Part shown: in pieces, positions 27,203-36,252 of the stretch
How positions within the stretch are numbered: the stretch's first letter is position 1
Layout of the letters: each line of letters begins with the position of its first letter
Program-made: the position numbers and the translations under genes
Virus record (IMG/VR): IMGVR_UViG_3300029118_000005
DNA from: a virus
Strand: one strand, 5' to 3'
Length of the DNA: 64,000 bases
Notes under the pieces: model-generated
The model's database searches: none
Told to the model about the DNA's origin: nothing
Seen by the model: the letters and a program-made list of their open reading frames with translations, nothing else

Positions 27203-27826
27203 TTAAGAGTACGTCACCCAGCAGCGACAATTGATCACTTCCTCCGGGTTAGTAAAAGCAACTGCCATATCGTGCGGATACCGCATAAGTGCTTTGCCAA
27301 CTAAAAAGTAGTTGTTTATTGGTATAGTCGTTTGATCTTCCTTGTGGTGTGTTTCACGTTCTTTTCCGTCTATAATTGTGTTCCATGTTTTGTATGTTTT
27401 ATTTCTGGTTGCCTCTTTGAAGTCTTTGTGGTTTAAAAAATCAAGGGCTGTGTTTTCACTGACCAGACGTATTCGGTCTTCTGAGACATAATATTTTTCG
27501 TTCACGTGATCCGCCGTTACCTGTGCTGTGGATAAACAAAAATCTGATATATAAGCCTTTGTCTCGCTGTCAAGGTCAATATATCGTGCAATCCATTTCA
27601 GCAATTTTGTTTCAAATTGTTCTGCTGCTTTCTTGACATCAACTCTACCTGTCTCTTTCATAATCAGGATGAGTAAAATTAAAAAACGCATATCATCTTC
27701 AATTTTGTCTGAAAATTCAATGCGTTCCTGTTTTTGCTTTTTTGTGATTCCCATTTCACCAAAAAATCTATTGTATGGCATGGACCGTATCTTTTCAATT
27801 TCGTCAAATCCAAATATCTGTGCCAT
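27203..27826 (-). CDS. head morphogenesis protein (SPP1 gp7 / Mu F-like)
   Basis: C-terminal WNTIIDGKERETHH ... NPEEVINCRCW is the Mu F signature. Confidence 0.75.
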   Translation of the reverse strand: MAQIFGFDEIEKIRSMPYNRFFGEMGITKKQKQERIEFSDKIEDDMRFLILLILIMKETGRVDVKKAAEQFETKLLKWIARYIDLDSETKAYISDFCLSTAQVTADHVNEKYYVSEDRIRLVSENTALDFLNHKDFKEATRNKTYKTWNTIIDGKERETHHKEDQTTIPINNYFLVGKALMRYPHDMAVAFTNPEEVINCRCWVTYS

Positions 27827-27835
27827 ATCATCACC

Positions 27836-29326
27836 TTATACTTTCCCAGTTATAGGGCTTGTTTCCAACTGATCTATTTGTCTATCAGTTGGTTCACTGT
27901 CTTCCGTTGCTGTGGTTCCGCTTGATGCAGCAGCCCTTTGTACTGCTTCTATCATTTCCTTGCTGTCGTTCCATGTAGCCTCGGTGTCTTCAAAACCGTC
28001 AATAAATTTAAGTGCATGTCTGCCATGTACACCAGTCTTAATAAGGGTTGATAAAGCATTTGCTTTAACAGACATGTCATAGTTCTTTCTTCTTGAGAAG
28101 TGGAAATTGATATCTCCAACATGTACTCTTTTGATTGGGTCATCGTCTTTAAGCACATTTGATGGAGTTAATTGGAGTACTTTTATGATAAGTTTAAGCT
28201 CCTCTCTCTGTGCCTTGCTCACAATCTGTTCCTCGCGCACAGCGTCAATCTCAGCTGCACTCCATCCGCTAGACATATCCATTGCTGTTCCTGTGGAACC
28301 ACCGCCTTCTGAATCTTGTTGTGTAGGTACTTTACATTTTTGTAAAATTCTTCGCCAGCGTGTATCTATCGCTGTTAATGTTGCGTTTGTATCGAATGCA
28401 TTAGATAGTGCCTTGATTTGTGGTGTCTTTCCATCTGGTGTTGTGCTAGTAAGCACCCATTGCCCCGACTTCACTTCTATAGGTTTTTTAGTTTTGGGGT
28501 CAACTGGGAAATCAACATCATTGCCCCACCATATCTCCTGAGTTTGCTGCGCTGTAAGGTTTGCAAAATCAGAGACTAGCGTGTTAAGTTCGATACAATC
28601 TGATATTTGTCTCTCAAAGCAGCCCGTTCTGTCAACGGATCTCTCGTATTCGACTATCGCTATTTTTTTGAGTGGATTTAATGATTTTTTAACAATTTTG
28701 CCTTTTGAGACTTCAAAGCGCATCTTAGGAGTAAAACACGTAAAATATTGTTCACCATTGTCCGTTCTGTATGTTACTCCCATTAGCTTCTTTTGTTTGG
28801 CATCATTGCTATATACACAAAAAGCATATCTTGGGTCTAGCGTATATATATCCACAAGTGCTTCGTCATCTTCTTCAAAATCGGTTTTAACGTCAACAAG
28901 TCGGTATCCTACACCTACTTTTTCAACAAAATTGCCAAGCTCCTGATTCTTGTAACCTATGTCGCAAGCATTTGTAAGCATTTCGTTAAGTGCAGATATT
29001 CCTTCGTCGTCTAAGTCTGCTGATGTTTTGTGAGCGTCTTTGTCAGATCTCTGTATCAGCATTGCTGGCGTTCCCCAAAAGTACGCCATTTTGAAATCAG
29101 TAATGTAGTTTGCGGCATTATCAGTTACTTTAATATTGATCTCAGGGCGAACAATTTTGGGTCTGTCCAGCGGTTGATCGCCGGCTTCAAAATCTATAAG
29201 ATATTGCATCTCTAACCGATTAAATTTATGCTTCTCATATGCTTTTGACAATTCTTTGATTATGTTGTCGGCAGTGATTTCTTTTGCGTCCGTATATATC
29301 TTTTGACGTCCCTTTAGCATCCACAT
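27836..29326 (-). CDS. portal protein (SPP1 gp6-like)
   Basis: 496 aa, positioned before the MuF-like gene. The N-terminal region and acidic C-terminus are typical of portals. Confidence 0.85.
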   Translation of the reverse strand: MWMLKGRQKIYTDAKEITADNIIKELSKAYEKHKFNRLEMQYLIDFEAGDQPLDRPKIVRPEINIKVTDNAANYITDFKMAYFWGTPAMLIQRSDKDAHKTSADLDDEGISALNEMLTNACDIGYKNQELGNFVEKVGVGYRLVDVKTDFEEDDEALVDIYTLDPRYAFCVYSNDAKQKKLMGVTYRTDNGEQYFTCFTPKMRFEVSKGKIVKKSLNPLKKIAIVEYERSVDRTGCFERQISDCIELNTLVSDFANLTAQQTQEIWWGNDVDFPVDPKTKKPIEVKSGQWVLTSTTPDGKTPQIKALSNAFDTNATLTAIDTRWRRILQKCKVPTQQDSEGGGSTGTAMDMSSGWSAAEIDAVREEQIVSKAQREELKLIIKVLQLTPSNVLKDDDPIKRVHVGDINFHFSRRKNYDMSVKANALSTLIKTGVHGRHALKFIDGFEDTEATWNDSKEMIEAVQRAAASSGTTATEDSEPTDRQIDQLETSPITGKV

Positions 29327-29344
29327 TCTGTTCGCCCTCCTTTC

Positions 29345-29545
29345 TTAATAAAATCGTTTGCCGCTGCTGCTTTTAGCTTGTATCTTTTTTATAGGCTTAA
29401 CTGACTGCACAATACCGTCCTGTGTAAGAATGCAAGTCATTTGCTCACATTTCCTACATTGCACTTCAAAAACGTTTGTCGCTTTCTTGTCATAGTGGAA
29501 AATAATTCTTCCACAATTGGGGCATGTAATTATCTGGCTACTCAT
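29345..29545 (-). CDS. zinc-ribbon small protein
   Basis: CPNCG ... CRKCE, i.e. two CxxC pairs in 66 aa. Confidence 0.45.
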   Translation of the reverse strand: MSSQIITCPNCGRIIFHYDKKATNVFEVQCRKCEQMTCILTQDGIVQSVKPIKKIQAKSSSGKRFY

Positions 29546-29787
29546 AGCGTTTCAGCCGACAGCAGCATCGAGTCTTGCAATTTGTATACTTCGTCCTGGA
29601 AAGACTCGTAATCGGAATTGCATTCCTTCCGGTTCTGCTTATATAACTCATGGTCGTTTATCCAGTTGCTAAACTGTACCTCTTTAGGATTGTTTGAATT
29701 GATTGATGCCTGAAACGCAAAAATCACTTGATCATTTACTGTGCTGTCTCCTGACAGTGATATACTCTTGCTTCTAATCGTTAACAT
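29542..29787 (-). CDS. hypothetical protein (start trimmed to MLTIRSK)
   Basis: AAAGGAGA RBS 5 nt before the ATG at 29787. Confidence 0.45.
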   Translation of the reverse strand: MLTIRSKSISLSGDSTVNDQVIFAFQASINSNNPKEVQFSNWINDHELYKQNRKECNSDYESFQDEVYKLQDSMLLSAETL

Positions 29788-29805
29788 GGCTGTCTCCTTT
29801 TTGGG

Positions 29806-29836
29806 TAATAAAAAAGCGCCATACATATGTAAGGCG
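29806..29836 (-). terminator. minus-strand intrinsic terminator at the ori / late-operon border
   Basis: GCGCC ttacatatgtat GGCGC followed by TTTTTT on the minus strand. Confidence 0.55.
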
Positions 29837-30036
29837 CAATTAACTTTATTTCATACTTTTCTATTATTGAGAGTATCATAGTAATAGCATGTATTCAAGA
29901 TGATATCTTGTGTCATTTAGTGATATTAAATGATAGGTTTTAGTGTTATAGGTAACCATGAAATTCCAATTAAAATGTCATAGTTAATATTGAATTGTTT
30001 TTTTATCTGCCTACCAATGCTTTTCTTGATTGATAG

Positions 30037-30081
30037 CTTGATTACTCTCTTGATTACTCTCTTGATTACTCTCTTGATTAC
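30037..30081. repeat. 12-bp iterons CTTGATTACTCT x3.75
   Basis: Perfect tandem copies at 30037, 30049 and 30061, plus a partial copy at 30073. Confidence 0.8.
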
Positions 30082-30127
30082 GGGAGTTCTGAAGGCCGCA
30101 TAAATGCTAGCTTTTTGATATGTATAG

Positions 30128-30210
30128 GTAACCAAGAAATTCCACATGAGTAACCAAGAAATTCCACATGAGTAACCAAGAAATTCCACATGAGTAACCA
30201 AGAAATTCCA
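30128..30210. repeat. 22-bp iterons GTAACCAAGAAATTCCACATGA x3.8 (replication origin)
   Basis: Perfect tandem copies at 30128, 30150 and 30172, plus a 17-nt partial at 30194. A degenerate copy (GGTAACCATGAAATTCCA) lies at ~29950. Located directly upstream of rep. Confidence 0.85.
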
Positions 30211-30240
30211 TAAAATATAAAAAAGGTAACAATTTTATAT

Positions 30241-30269
30241 TTACAATGGTAACTTATGGTGCTATAATA
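30241..30269 (+). promoter_or_regulatory. rep promoter candidate
   Basis: TTACAA, 17-nt spacer (containing GGTAAC), then TATAAT (30264-30269). Confidence 0.5.
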
Positions 30270-30301
30270 AACATAAAAGTAGAGAAAGAGAGGTTTTACA
30301 C

Positions 30302-31477
30302 ATGGCTAGAAAAAAGATTGGGCCAATAACCAGTTTAGGAAATGGAGACAAACTTACTGTTCAAAAAAGTTTACCGCTGTTTTCCCTGTGGCGTTCTGAG
30401 CTATCGCTTGCAGAATTTAAAATACTCGATACATACCTATCGCGCATAGATAGTCACAAGCCAGAGAAACGAGTTGTAGTATTTGAAAAAGGTGAGCTTG
30501 AAAAGATTCTAGGAGTAAAAAAAATCAACAACCAAGACCTCAAGGCAAGATTAAAGCATCTTATGGGAAATGTAATAGAAGTGCAAGATGATAGTGAAAA
30601 ACAAGGTTTTAGATTGGTGACGTTATTTGAAGAAGCAACGGCAGAACAAGATGATTACGGTCTGTGGCAAGTAAAGCTAGAGTGTTCTCAAAAAGCAATG
30701 AAGTATTTTTTTAATATTGAAAACCTCGGATATCTTCGGTATAAGCTGCGCTGCATAACATTACTCACAAGCCGTTACACTTATATCATGTTTACGTATC
30801 TTGAACAAAACCGTTTTCGAAAAAAATGGGAAGTGCAGCTTGATGAATTAAGGCAAATACTTGATTGTGATAAAGAGGAACTGTATAAAGAATACAAGTT
30901 TTTTAATCAAAAGATATTGAAACGTGTTCAGAAAGAAATGGATGAAAAAACTGAATGTCGGTATACATACGAACCCATTAAGAAAGGGCGAACGGTAGTT
31001 GGTATAAGATTTGAAGTCGAAACATTGCCTATATTGGAAGTGCAAGTTCCAGAAGCGCCAGTGCCAAAGGAAGATACATTAGATCGTCCGCTCTGGGAAA
31101 GTGCATTGAATGAATGGGAACTATCACAGGCACAGCTAGAAGAGATACAGACGCTACTCGTAACAGTACCAGTTCATAAGCTGCCAAGTTGCCAAAAGGA
31201 AGATCTGGAAAAGGCTTACTACCAGTATATAGCACAGAAAGCTGCTGAAATTAAGCGAAGAAATGAGCAAAAGCCGATTCGTAGTCGATTTTTGTATTTG
31301 CGAAAGCTTATACAAGGAGATGTATCATCGAAAGCAAAACAATCATCGCAGGCAGCTGCTAAAGGTACTCAAGTATTCCAAAATTTCACAGAGCGTCAAG
31401 ACAACAATTACTCGGAAAAAATCATGAATAAGTTAAAAAGTGATTTAAAGGAATTTCAGGAAAATCAAAGTTGCTGA
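30302..31477 (+). CDS. rep: Rep_3-type plasmid replication initiator
   Basis: KLTVQKSLPLFSLWRSELSLAEFKILDTYLSRID fits the Rep_3 N-terminal winged-helix pattern. Iterons lie upstream. It is one of the few plus-strand genes in a minus-strand block. Confidence 0.75.
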   Translation: MARKKIGPITSLGNGDKLTVQKSLPLFSLWRSELSLAEFKILDTYLSRIDSHKPEKRVVVFEKGELEKILGVKKINNQDLKARLKHLMGNVIEVQDDSEKQGFRLVTLFEEATAEQDDYGLWQVKLECSQKAMKYFFNIENLGYLRYKLRCITLLTSRYTYIMFTYLEQNRFRKKWEVQLDELRQILDCDKEELYKEYKFFNQKILKRVQKEMDEKTECRYTYEPIKKGRTVVGIRFEVETLPILEVQVPEAPVPKEDTLDRPLWESALNEWELSQAQLEEIQTLLVTVPVHKLPSCQKEDLEKAYYQYIAQKAAEIKRRNEQKPIRSRFLYLRKLIQGDVSSKAKQSSQAAAKGTQVFQNFTERQDNNYSEKIMNKLKSDLKEFQENQSC

Positions 31478-31486
31478 AACATCAAT

Positions 31487-31519
31487 AGCAGGGGAAATTT
31501 GCTTCCCCTGCTATTTTTT
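31487..31519. terminator. bidirectional intrinsic terminator
   Basis: AGCAGGGGA aatttgc TCCCCTGCT followed by ATTTTTT. Sits between convergent genes. Confidence 0.8.
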
Positions 31520-31955
31520 ATTGGTTCAGATATTCACTCCCAAACTTTTTCTCAAATTCGTTTAATGCTTCTTTGTGAAGCTTAAAAACATGTCGTTGTG
31601 TAAAATGTAACTCATCTACTATTTCGCACCATTGTTGCTGTGCAACGTAACGCTTGAACAGTATATTATAATACTTAAACTCAAGCTGCTCCATTTGAGC
31701 AATGATTTTAGTTTTTAGGTTCACAAAAGAATCAATCATTGAATCAATTTCGCGTTCCATATCTACCAACTTACAAATCGTAGATGCAGTCTTGTCTGTG
31801 GCATGTCCAGTTTGCACATTGACATCTTTTACACAACTCGGAACCGAACAAAGCATATTTTTTAACTGTGTTTTTTCATAGATCTTGTTTGATATTTTAA
31901 GATCAAGTACGCTAATTTGTGAAAGATAGTGTTTTGTATCCATACATGTCTCCAA
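31518..31955 (-). CDS. ArpU/RinA-like or sigma region-4-like late regulator candidate
   Basis: 145 aa. The C-terminal YYNILFKRYVAQQQWCEIVDELHFTQRHVFKLHKEALNEF looks like a sigma-70 region-4 HTH. Confidence 0.4.
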   Translation of the reverse strand: METCMDTKHYLSQISVLDLKISNKIYEKTQLKNMLCSVPSCVKDVNVQTGHATDKTASTICKLVDMEREIDSMIDSFVNLKTKIIAQMEQLEFKYYNILFKRYVAQQQWCEIVDELHFTQRHVFKLHKEALNEFEKKFGSEYLNQ

Positions 31956-31957
31956 TC

Positions 31958-33667
31958 TTAATAGATGCTGTTAATGATTCTTGTTGGCCTTGGTTTTCTA
32001 CGCTGTATGCGTAATGCGAAGTTTGCAAATGTATCTGGTACATCATCAAGCTGCTTTTTTCCGGTTGCCGAGTATTGGGCCAAAAGTGACATCATAATTC
32101 CATATGGTTCACGTGGCTTGTACATTTCCATATCCTTAAAAACGATATTTTGCAGTATCCAATTCGAACATTGAAAAATTCGGGCTTCTTTGTTCGATTC
32201 AGTCATAGGATGGCTTATATTACAAATCCATCCTTTTTCTAAAACTCTTTTGGCAACTTCGTTGGCAACTCGGTCACCACCATTGTTTCCTTCAAATTCA
32301 CAATCCATAACTTTGTTGTTGACTAAAATGTTAGCAGAATTTTCATACTGTGCCTCATAGTCTGTAGAATTACTGCATATACAATCTATGCAATAATAGA
32401 GGTTGCCATATTTTAAAAATACTGGAAGAACAAAAAAATCAGTTCCACTAGACTTTGTATCACATTGCGCAGTAATCAATTCTGGAGTTCCCTTAGGAAG
32501 TTCTTTATAGCGTTGAATTTTTTCTCCAGGAAATAATAGTCCTTCTCTTTCAATTGGTTCTTGCATAAAAAGACACTTGTACGAGATTTCGTCCATTGTC
32601 AGCTCTTGATCTGCAAAGAACTCTTTCGTGAATCCACCGACTGCATAATTGAAATTGCTCTCACCAGTAATGGGATCAACTGCAGGTACAGATATAATTT
32701 TTGTGCGAGGGTCATCTTGATAAAGAATTATTACTCGACCAATTACGTCTTGGTTTGACCATCTAGTAGCCTGCATAATTTCTTTACATGATTTTCCATC
32801 ACTATCTACAGTTTTACGCTGCTTTGCATCTACAGAATAAAAACGCCATATTTTATCAAGATAGTTTTTATTTAACGCCTGTTCGCTGTTACCAATTAAG
32901 TCGTCTGATAGCAAGTATTTGTTTGCTCGCACCTTACCTGAACTGTTTGCACCAATTGATGTTGTTTGTAGCGATGGGAATGGTTTGTAGCTTCCCACGT
33001 TAAACTGTTGCATCAATGCATTTGTTGATGTAATTTTTAAACCTGGGAAGATTTCGTTCCACGCATATTCAATAGTATCGTCTATCATCTGATAAACACC
33101 ATCATAATACATTCGTGTAATATCGCCAGAATGAGAGCAAAATAAACTATAATCTTCTGGGAACCACCCTATAATCGCTGAATGAAAGAATTTTAAAAGG
33201 GTGGTTTTTCCAGTACCAGGAGGCAGAGAAATACACAGTCTATCATAACGATCATCCAACATTCCTTGGTAAGCTTCGATAAGCTTAAATTTTTCAAACT
33301 GTTTAATTTTTGGCTTATAAAACATGTTCCTAGGATCACGTTTACGTTCCAAAAACAGTAAATAGTCATTGAATATTCTTGCTCTCGCACCATTCAGATA
33401 GGTCTGCCAATACAGTTTGTCCCACTCGTCACCCTCTACTTTTCTGTTGCGGTTGCAGTACCATCGGACGTAGCTATTTACATGGTCGCCATACCCTCTA
33501 TACGCATCAAGATTCTTAAAATCGCGATTTGGTATAAACTCATTGGCATCAAGCAGAATCAGTCTTGCTCCGCCACATAAGGTGTTGAGCTGACTGTATG
33601 TAGGCTGCATGATAATCTGGCGCTGTATATTCTCCACACGTTCTTTATGCTGTCTTAGCTCTAACAA
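31958..33667 (-). CDS. terL: terminase large subunit
   Basis: Walker A ISLPPGTGKTT and a C-terminal nuclease-type domain; 569 aa. TTG start with GGAGGAG RBS; an internal ATG at 33610 is an alternative start. Confidence 0.85.
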   Translation of the reverse strand: MLELRQHKERVENIQRQIIMQPTYSQLNTLCGGARLILLDANEFIPNRDFKNLDAYRGYGDHVNSYVRWYCNRNRKVEGDEWDKLYWQTYLNGARARIFNDYLLFLERKRDPRNMFYKPKIKQFEKFKLIEAYQGMLDDRYDRLCISLPPGTGKTTLLKFFHSAIIGWFPEDYSLFCSHSGDITRMYYDGVYQMIDDTIEYAWNEIFPGLKITSTNALMQQFNVGSYKPFPSLQTTSIGANSSGKVRANKYLLSDDLIGNSEQALNKNYLDKIWRFYSVDAKQRKTVDSDGKSCKEIMQATRWSNQDVIGRVIILYQDDPRTKIISVPAVDPITGESNFNYAVGGFTKEFFADQELTMDEISYKCLFMQEPIEREGLLFPGEKIQRYKELPKGTPELITAQCDTKSSGTDFFVLPVFLKYGNLYYCIDCICSNSTDYEAQYENSANILVNNKVMDCEFEGNNGGDRVANEVAKRVLEKGWICNISHPMTESNKEARIFQCSNWILQNIVFKDMEMYKPREPYGIMMSLLAQYSATGKKQLDDVPDTFANFALRIQRRKPRPTRIINSIY

Positions 33668-33707
33668 AAAGAGGCTCCTCCTTTCTTAGCATTTAAAGAA
33701 GAGCCTC
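33666..33707 (-). terminator. hairpin/terminator between endolysin and terL
   Basis: GAGGCTC ... GAGCCTC (7 bp, long loop) followed by TTTTT on the minus strand. Overlaps the terL RBS. Confidence 0.5.
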
Positions 33708-33752
33708 CATTTTGGCTGTTACATAATCACCATTTTGATTATGCCGTTTTAA

Positions 33753-34730
33753 TTATTTTCTTACTATGTCTTCTCTGTTTACCCAACCGTAGACGTTATC
33801 GCCTATGATGTGATACTGATGCTTGCCACTCTCACAAATACCTGTTACAGTTGCAACCTCTGGAACTGCAGTGATTGGCCTGTCGGACCATGCCGACATA
33901 TACTGTTTATTGCCTGTGAATTGGACTTTATCGCCTAAGTTTATAACTTGTGCGTTAGCATTCGGGGAATAGCTGTAATAGCCACTTCCTGCCTTTGTAA
34001 AGGCATATCCGCATGAAGCGCCGGGCCATACAATCTTATACCAACCAGAAGCGGTGATTTCGAGGACTTCTACGGCTACAGAAGTCTTGATTGTATCAAG
34101 CTTCTTTGCAGATGTATCTGCTCCTGTACAGATGTTCATAGGTGTGAGTGCGACTGCTGTTCCAATACCCTTGCCGCAGAGTGTAGTGTTACCAGTTGAG
34201 ATAATCTCGCACTCCACTTTAGAACCATCATCCAGTACTACTACAGTATGTCCCTGTACAGTTGTACACAGGATATCTCCACGCATCTGATATGCTGAGG
34301 ACTCTGTACATTTTGGCTCACGGATGATTTCAAACTCATCTGTAGCATCCAAAACCTCAACTTCGTTGGCAGTAGAAAACCACGGAATGTCGCGCTGCAA
34401 AGCATATGCCACGCATACACGTACAAGGCTGCTACAGTCTGTCTCCACTGGAGTGTTAACCTTGCTGCAATCCCATCCGTACTGCTTAGCCTTGTCGTAC
34501 AAATCCCAAGACGTAGACTGATCATACCCGATATTATTATTTGCGCACGCTGCTTCCATACAGATTGCGATACGCTCACGGATATTTGCGTCCTTCGCGC
34601 GGATTATAACCCAACCCTTATCGTGCAGATACCATGGCTCAATCGCCACTTCAAGTCCTGTCTGGTCACCTGGCTGTCCACCCTTCAATTTTCCGTTCTC
34701 GTCAATCCTTGCCGATCCTACTCTAACCAT
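33753..34730 (-). CDS. endolysin: N-terminal cysteine peptidase-like domain plus two SH3b-like repeats
   Basis: The Cys in ETDCSSLVRVC and the His in GHTVVVLDDG suggest an NlpC/P60- or CHAP-type enzyme. The C-terminal GWYKIVWPG and GDNVYGWVNREDI are SH3b-like. Confidence 0.75.
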   Translation of the reverse strand: MVRVGSARIDENGKLKGGQPGDQTGLEVAIEPWYLHDKGWVIIRAKDANIRERIAICMEAACANNNIGYDQSTSWDLYDKAKQYGWDCSKVNTPVETDCSSLVRVCVAYALQRDIPWFSTANEVEVLDATDEFEIIREPKCTESSAYQMRGDILCTTVQGHTVVVLDDGSKVECEIISTGNTTLCGKGIGTAVALTPMNICTGADTSAKKLDTIKTSVAVEVLEITASGWYKIVWPGASCGYAFTKAGSGYYSYSPNANAQVINLGDKVQFTGNKQYMSAWSDRPITAVPEVATVTGICESGKHQYHIIGDNVYGWVNREDIVRK

Positions 34731-35132
34731 TTAATTTCCTCCGTGTTTATTCCATATTCTTTCATATTCATCTACCCATTGTTGAGCAGAGTAACAGCGA
34801 TGTTTCTTTATTTCTTCTCGGACATCGCTCCACATCACAAAATAAGTATTTATTATAGACTTTCGAACATAACAACTGTATACTTGGCTAAGATGATATA
34901 TATGTTGGTTACCAACAAATGCCTCAGTATTATCAAAGCGGCTTCTTTCATCAGTCAAGCTTCTGTCGTACATTTCTGTAAGCCCCATATATAAACAAGC
35001 TAGCTTGTAATAGTCCGACTTCTCTGATTCTATTCCTGTTGGAAAATATCGAAATTGAATTTTTTCAGCAGGTAGCTTTTGTATGCCATCGGCTAAGTTG
35101 CTTTGTGGATCACAATATTTTAGATTCTCCAT
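34731..35132 (-). CDS. hypothetical protein (start trimmed to MENLKY)
   Basis: GGGAGGAAA RBS directly before the ATG at 35132. Confidence 0.45.
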   Translation of the reverse strand: MENLKYCDPQSNLADGIQKLPAEKIQFRYFPTGIESEKSDYYKLACLYMGLTEMYDRSLTDERSRFDNTEAFVGNQHIYHLSQVYSCYVRKSIINTYFVMWSDVREEIKKHRCYSAQQWVDEYERIWNKHGGN

Positions 35133-35148
35133 TTTCCTCCCATCATTT

Positions 35149-35676
35149 TTATTCAATATACCAATCTTCCGCTAAAAGATCTTCCACGCTTGGGAGATAC
35201 ATTGCAAGTGAACCATCAATATAACGCATCTGAAGATATGGATCGCAGTTAAGAAGCCCTTCTCCGTTATCAACTTCTAAATAGGCATCCACTGTGCCTA
35301 TATCACAAGGATGGCCAGCTGGTAAACCTTTGCGATATAAAACAAAACGTCCGCTTCCATACCAACACATTCGGGCGACTTTATAACCTTGCTTTAGTAA
35401 ATCTAGCGCTTTGCTAAATGTGAATAATTGTTTTCCGTTAGCTGTTTGCGATTCACTAGAATTATTTGCAATTTCCCAGTCTTCCGCAAGCATTCCCATA
35501 AAAATATAAGTCATATCAGCAGTGTCAGGAATGTTAAAAAGTTCTTTAAGCTTTCCTGAATCGTGTTTTGCTATTAAGGTTTTCTTTGATTTGTCATAGT
35601 ACCAGACTTCATTCCATTTCTTTCTTTTCATTGGAATGCCTTTTTTCATATTGGAAAATGCAGCTCTGAAATCCAT
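35149..35676 (-). CDS. tandem DUF2829 (Tad2-like) protein
   Basis: Two repeats of the DUF2829 pattern: MDFRAAFSNMKKGIPMKRKKW...LAEDWEI and FTFSKALDLLKQGYKVARMCWYG...LLAEDWYIE. Confidence 0.6.
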   Translation of the reverse strand: MDFRAAFSNMKKGIPMKRKKWNEVWYYDKSKKTLIAKHDSGKLKELFNIPDTADMTYIFMGMLAEDWEIANNSSESQTANGKQLFTFSKALDLLKQGYKVARMCWYGSGRFVLYRKGLPAGHPCDIGTVDAYLEVDNGEGLLNCDPYLQMRYIDGSLAMYLPSVEDLLAEDWYIE

Positions 35677-35681
35677 AGTGC

Positions 35682-36239
35682 TTAATCCTCCTCGTAGATG
35701 ATATCTAGCCCATACTCAACTGCCGCATCATGTTCGATGCAACATCCTCTTGCATTTTCCCATCCTTTGCAGAAATAAGCAGCATGACATAAACTCATAT
35801 TTGTTAATGATGTTGCAAGGAAACAAAGTGGAATCTGTGTCACTCCTCTTTCTTTCATTTTCTCACTGTTATACCACTCGTCTGTAAAAAGTGTATTTAT
35901 AATCTCATAGCCTTTTTCTTTCAATGCTGCAATTGCCTTTTCTCTTGTCGCCTTAATTTCTTCATCCGTTTTTCCTGCCATTGGCTGTGAAATCATAGCC
36001 ATCTTAGCTCTGCTTTTAAGACTCTCACTGTTCAAATGCCAAACAATCCAATTATCGGATGCAATGTTTGAAAAAGTATAATCTGGATTAGCTGTTTTTC
36101 TAATGTCAAACTCCTCACCATCTTTTGTGTGGATGATGATGGTCTGCTTTTCTTTGGACCAGTACCAATAACCTACCCATGACGGAAGCTTTATCAGTGC
36201 ACCCTGTTTCATCAATCCAAATGCTTCTGAAAATTTCAT
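35682..36239 (-). CDS. DUF2829 domain fused to a DUF4406 / nucleoside 2-deoxyribosyltransferase-like domain
   Basis: N-terminus MKFSEAFGLMKQGALIKLPSW...SDNWIVW. C-terminus ISQPMAGKTDEEI...YFCKGWENARGCCIEHDAA. Confidence 0.55.
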   Translation of the reverse strand: MKFSEAFGLMKQGALIKLPSWVGYWYWSKEKQTIIIHTKDGEEFDIRKTANPDYTFSNIASDNWIVWHLNSESLKSRAKMAMISQPMAGKTDEEIKATREKAIAALKEKGYEIINTLFTDEWYNSEKMKERGVTQIPLCFLATSLTNMSLCHAAYFCKGWENARGCCIEHDAAVEYGLDIIYEED

Positions 36240-36252
36240 GCGTACTCCTCCT

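Noticed and set aside
29926-30201. 91-aa minus-strand ORF with VIKRVIKRVIKR repeats
   Set aside because: It is a translation artefact of the 12-bp and 22-bp iterons of the replication origin. It has no RBS and lies in the non-coding ori region.
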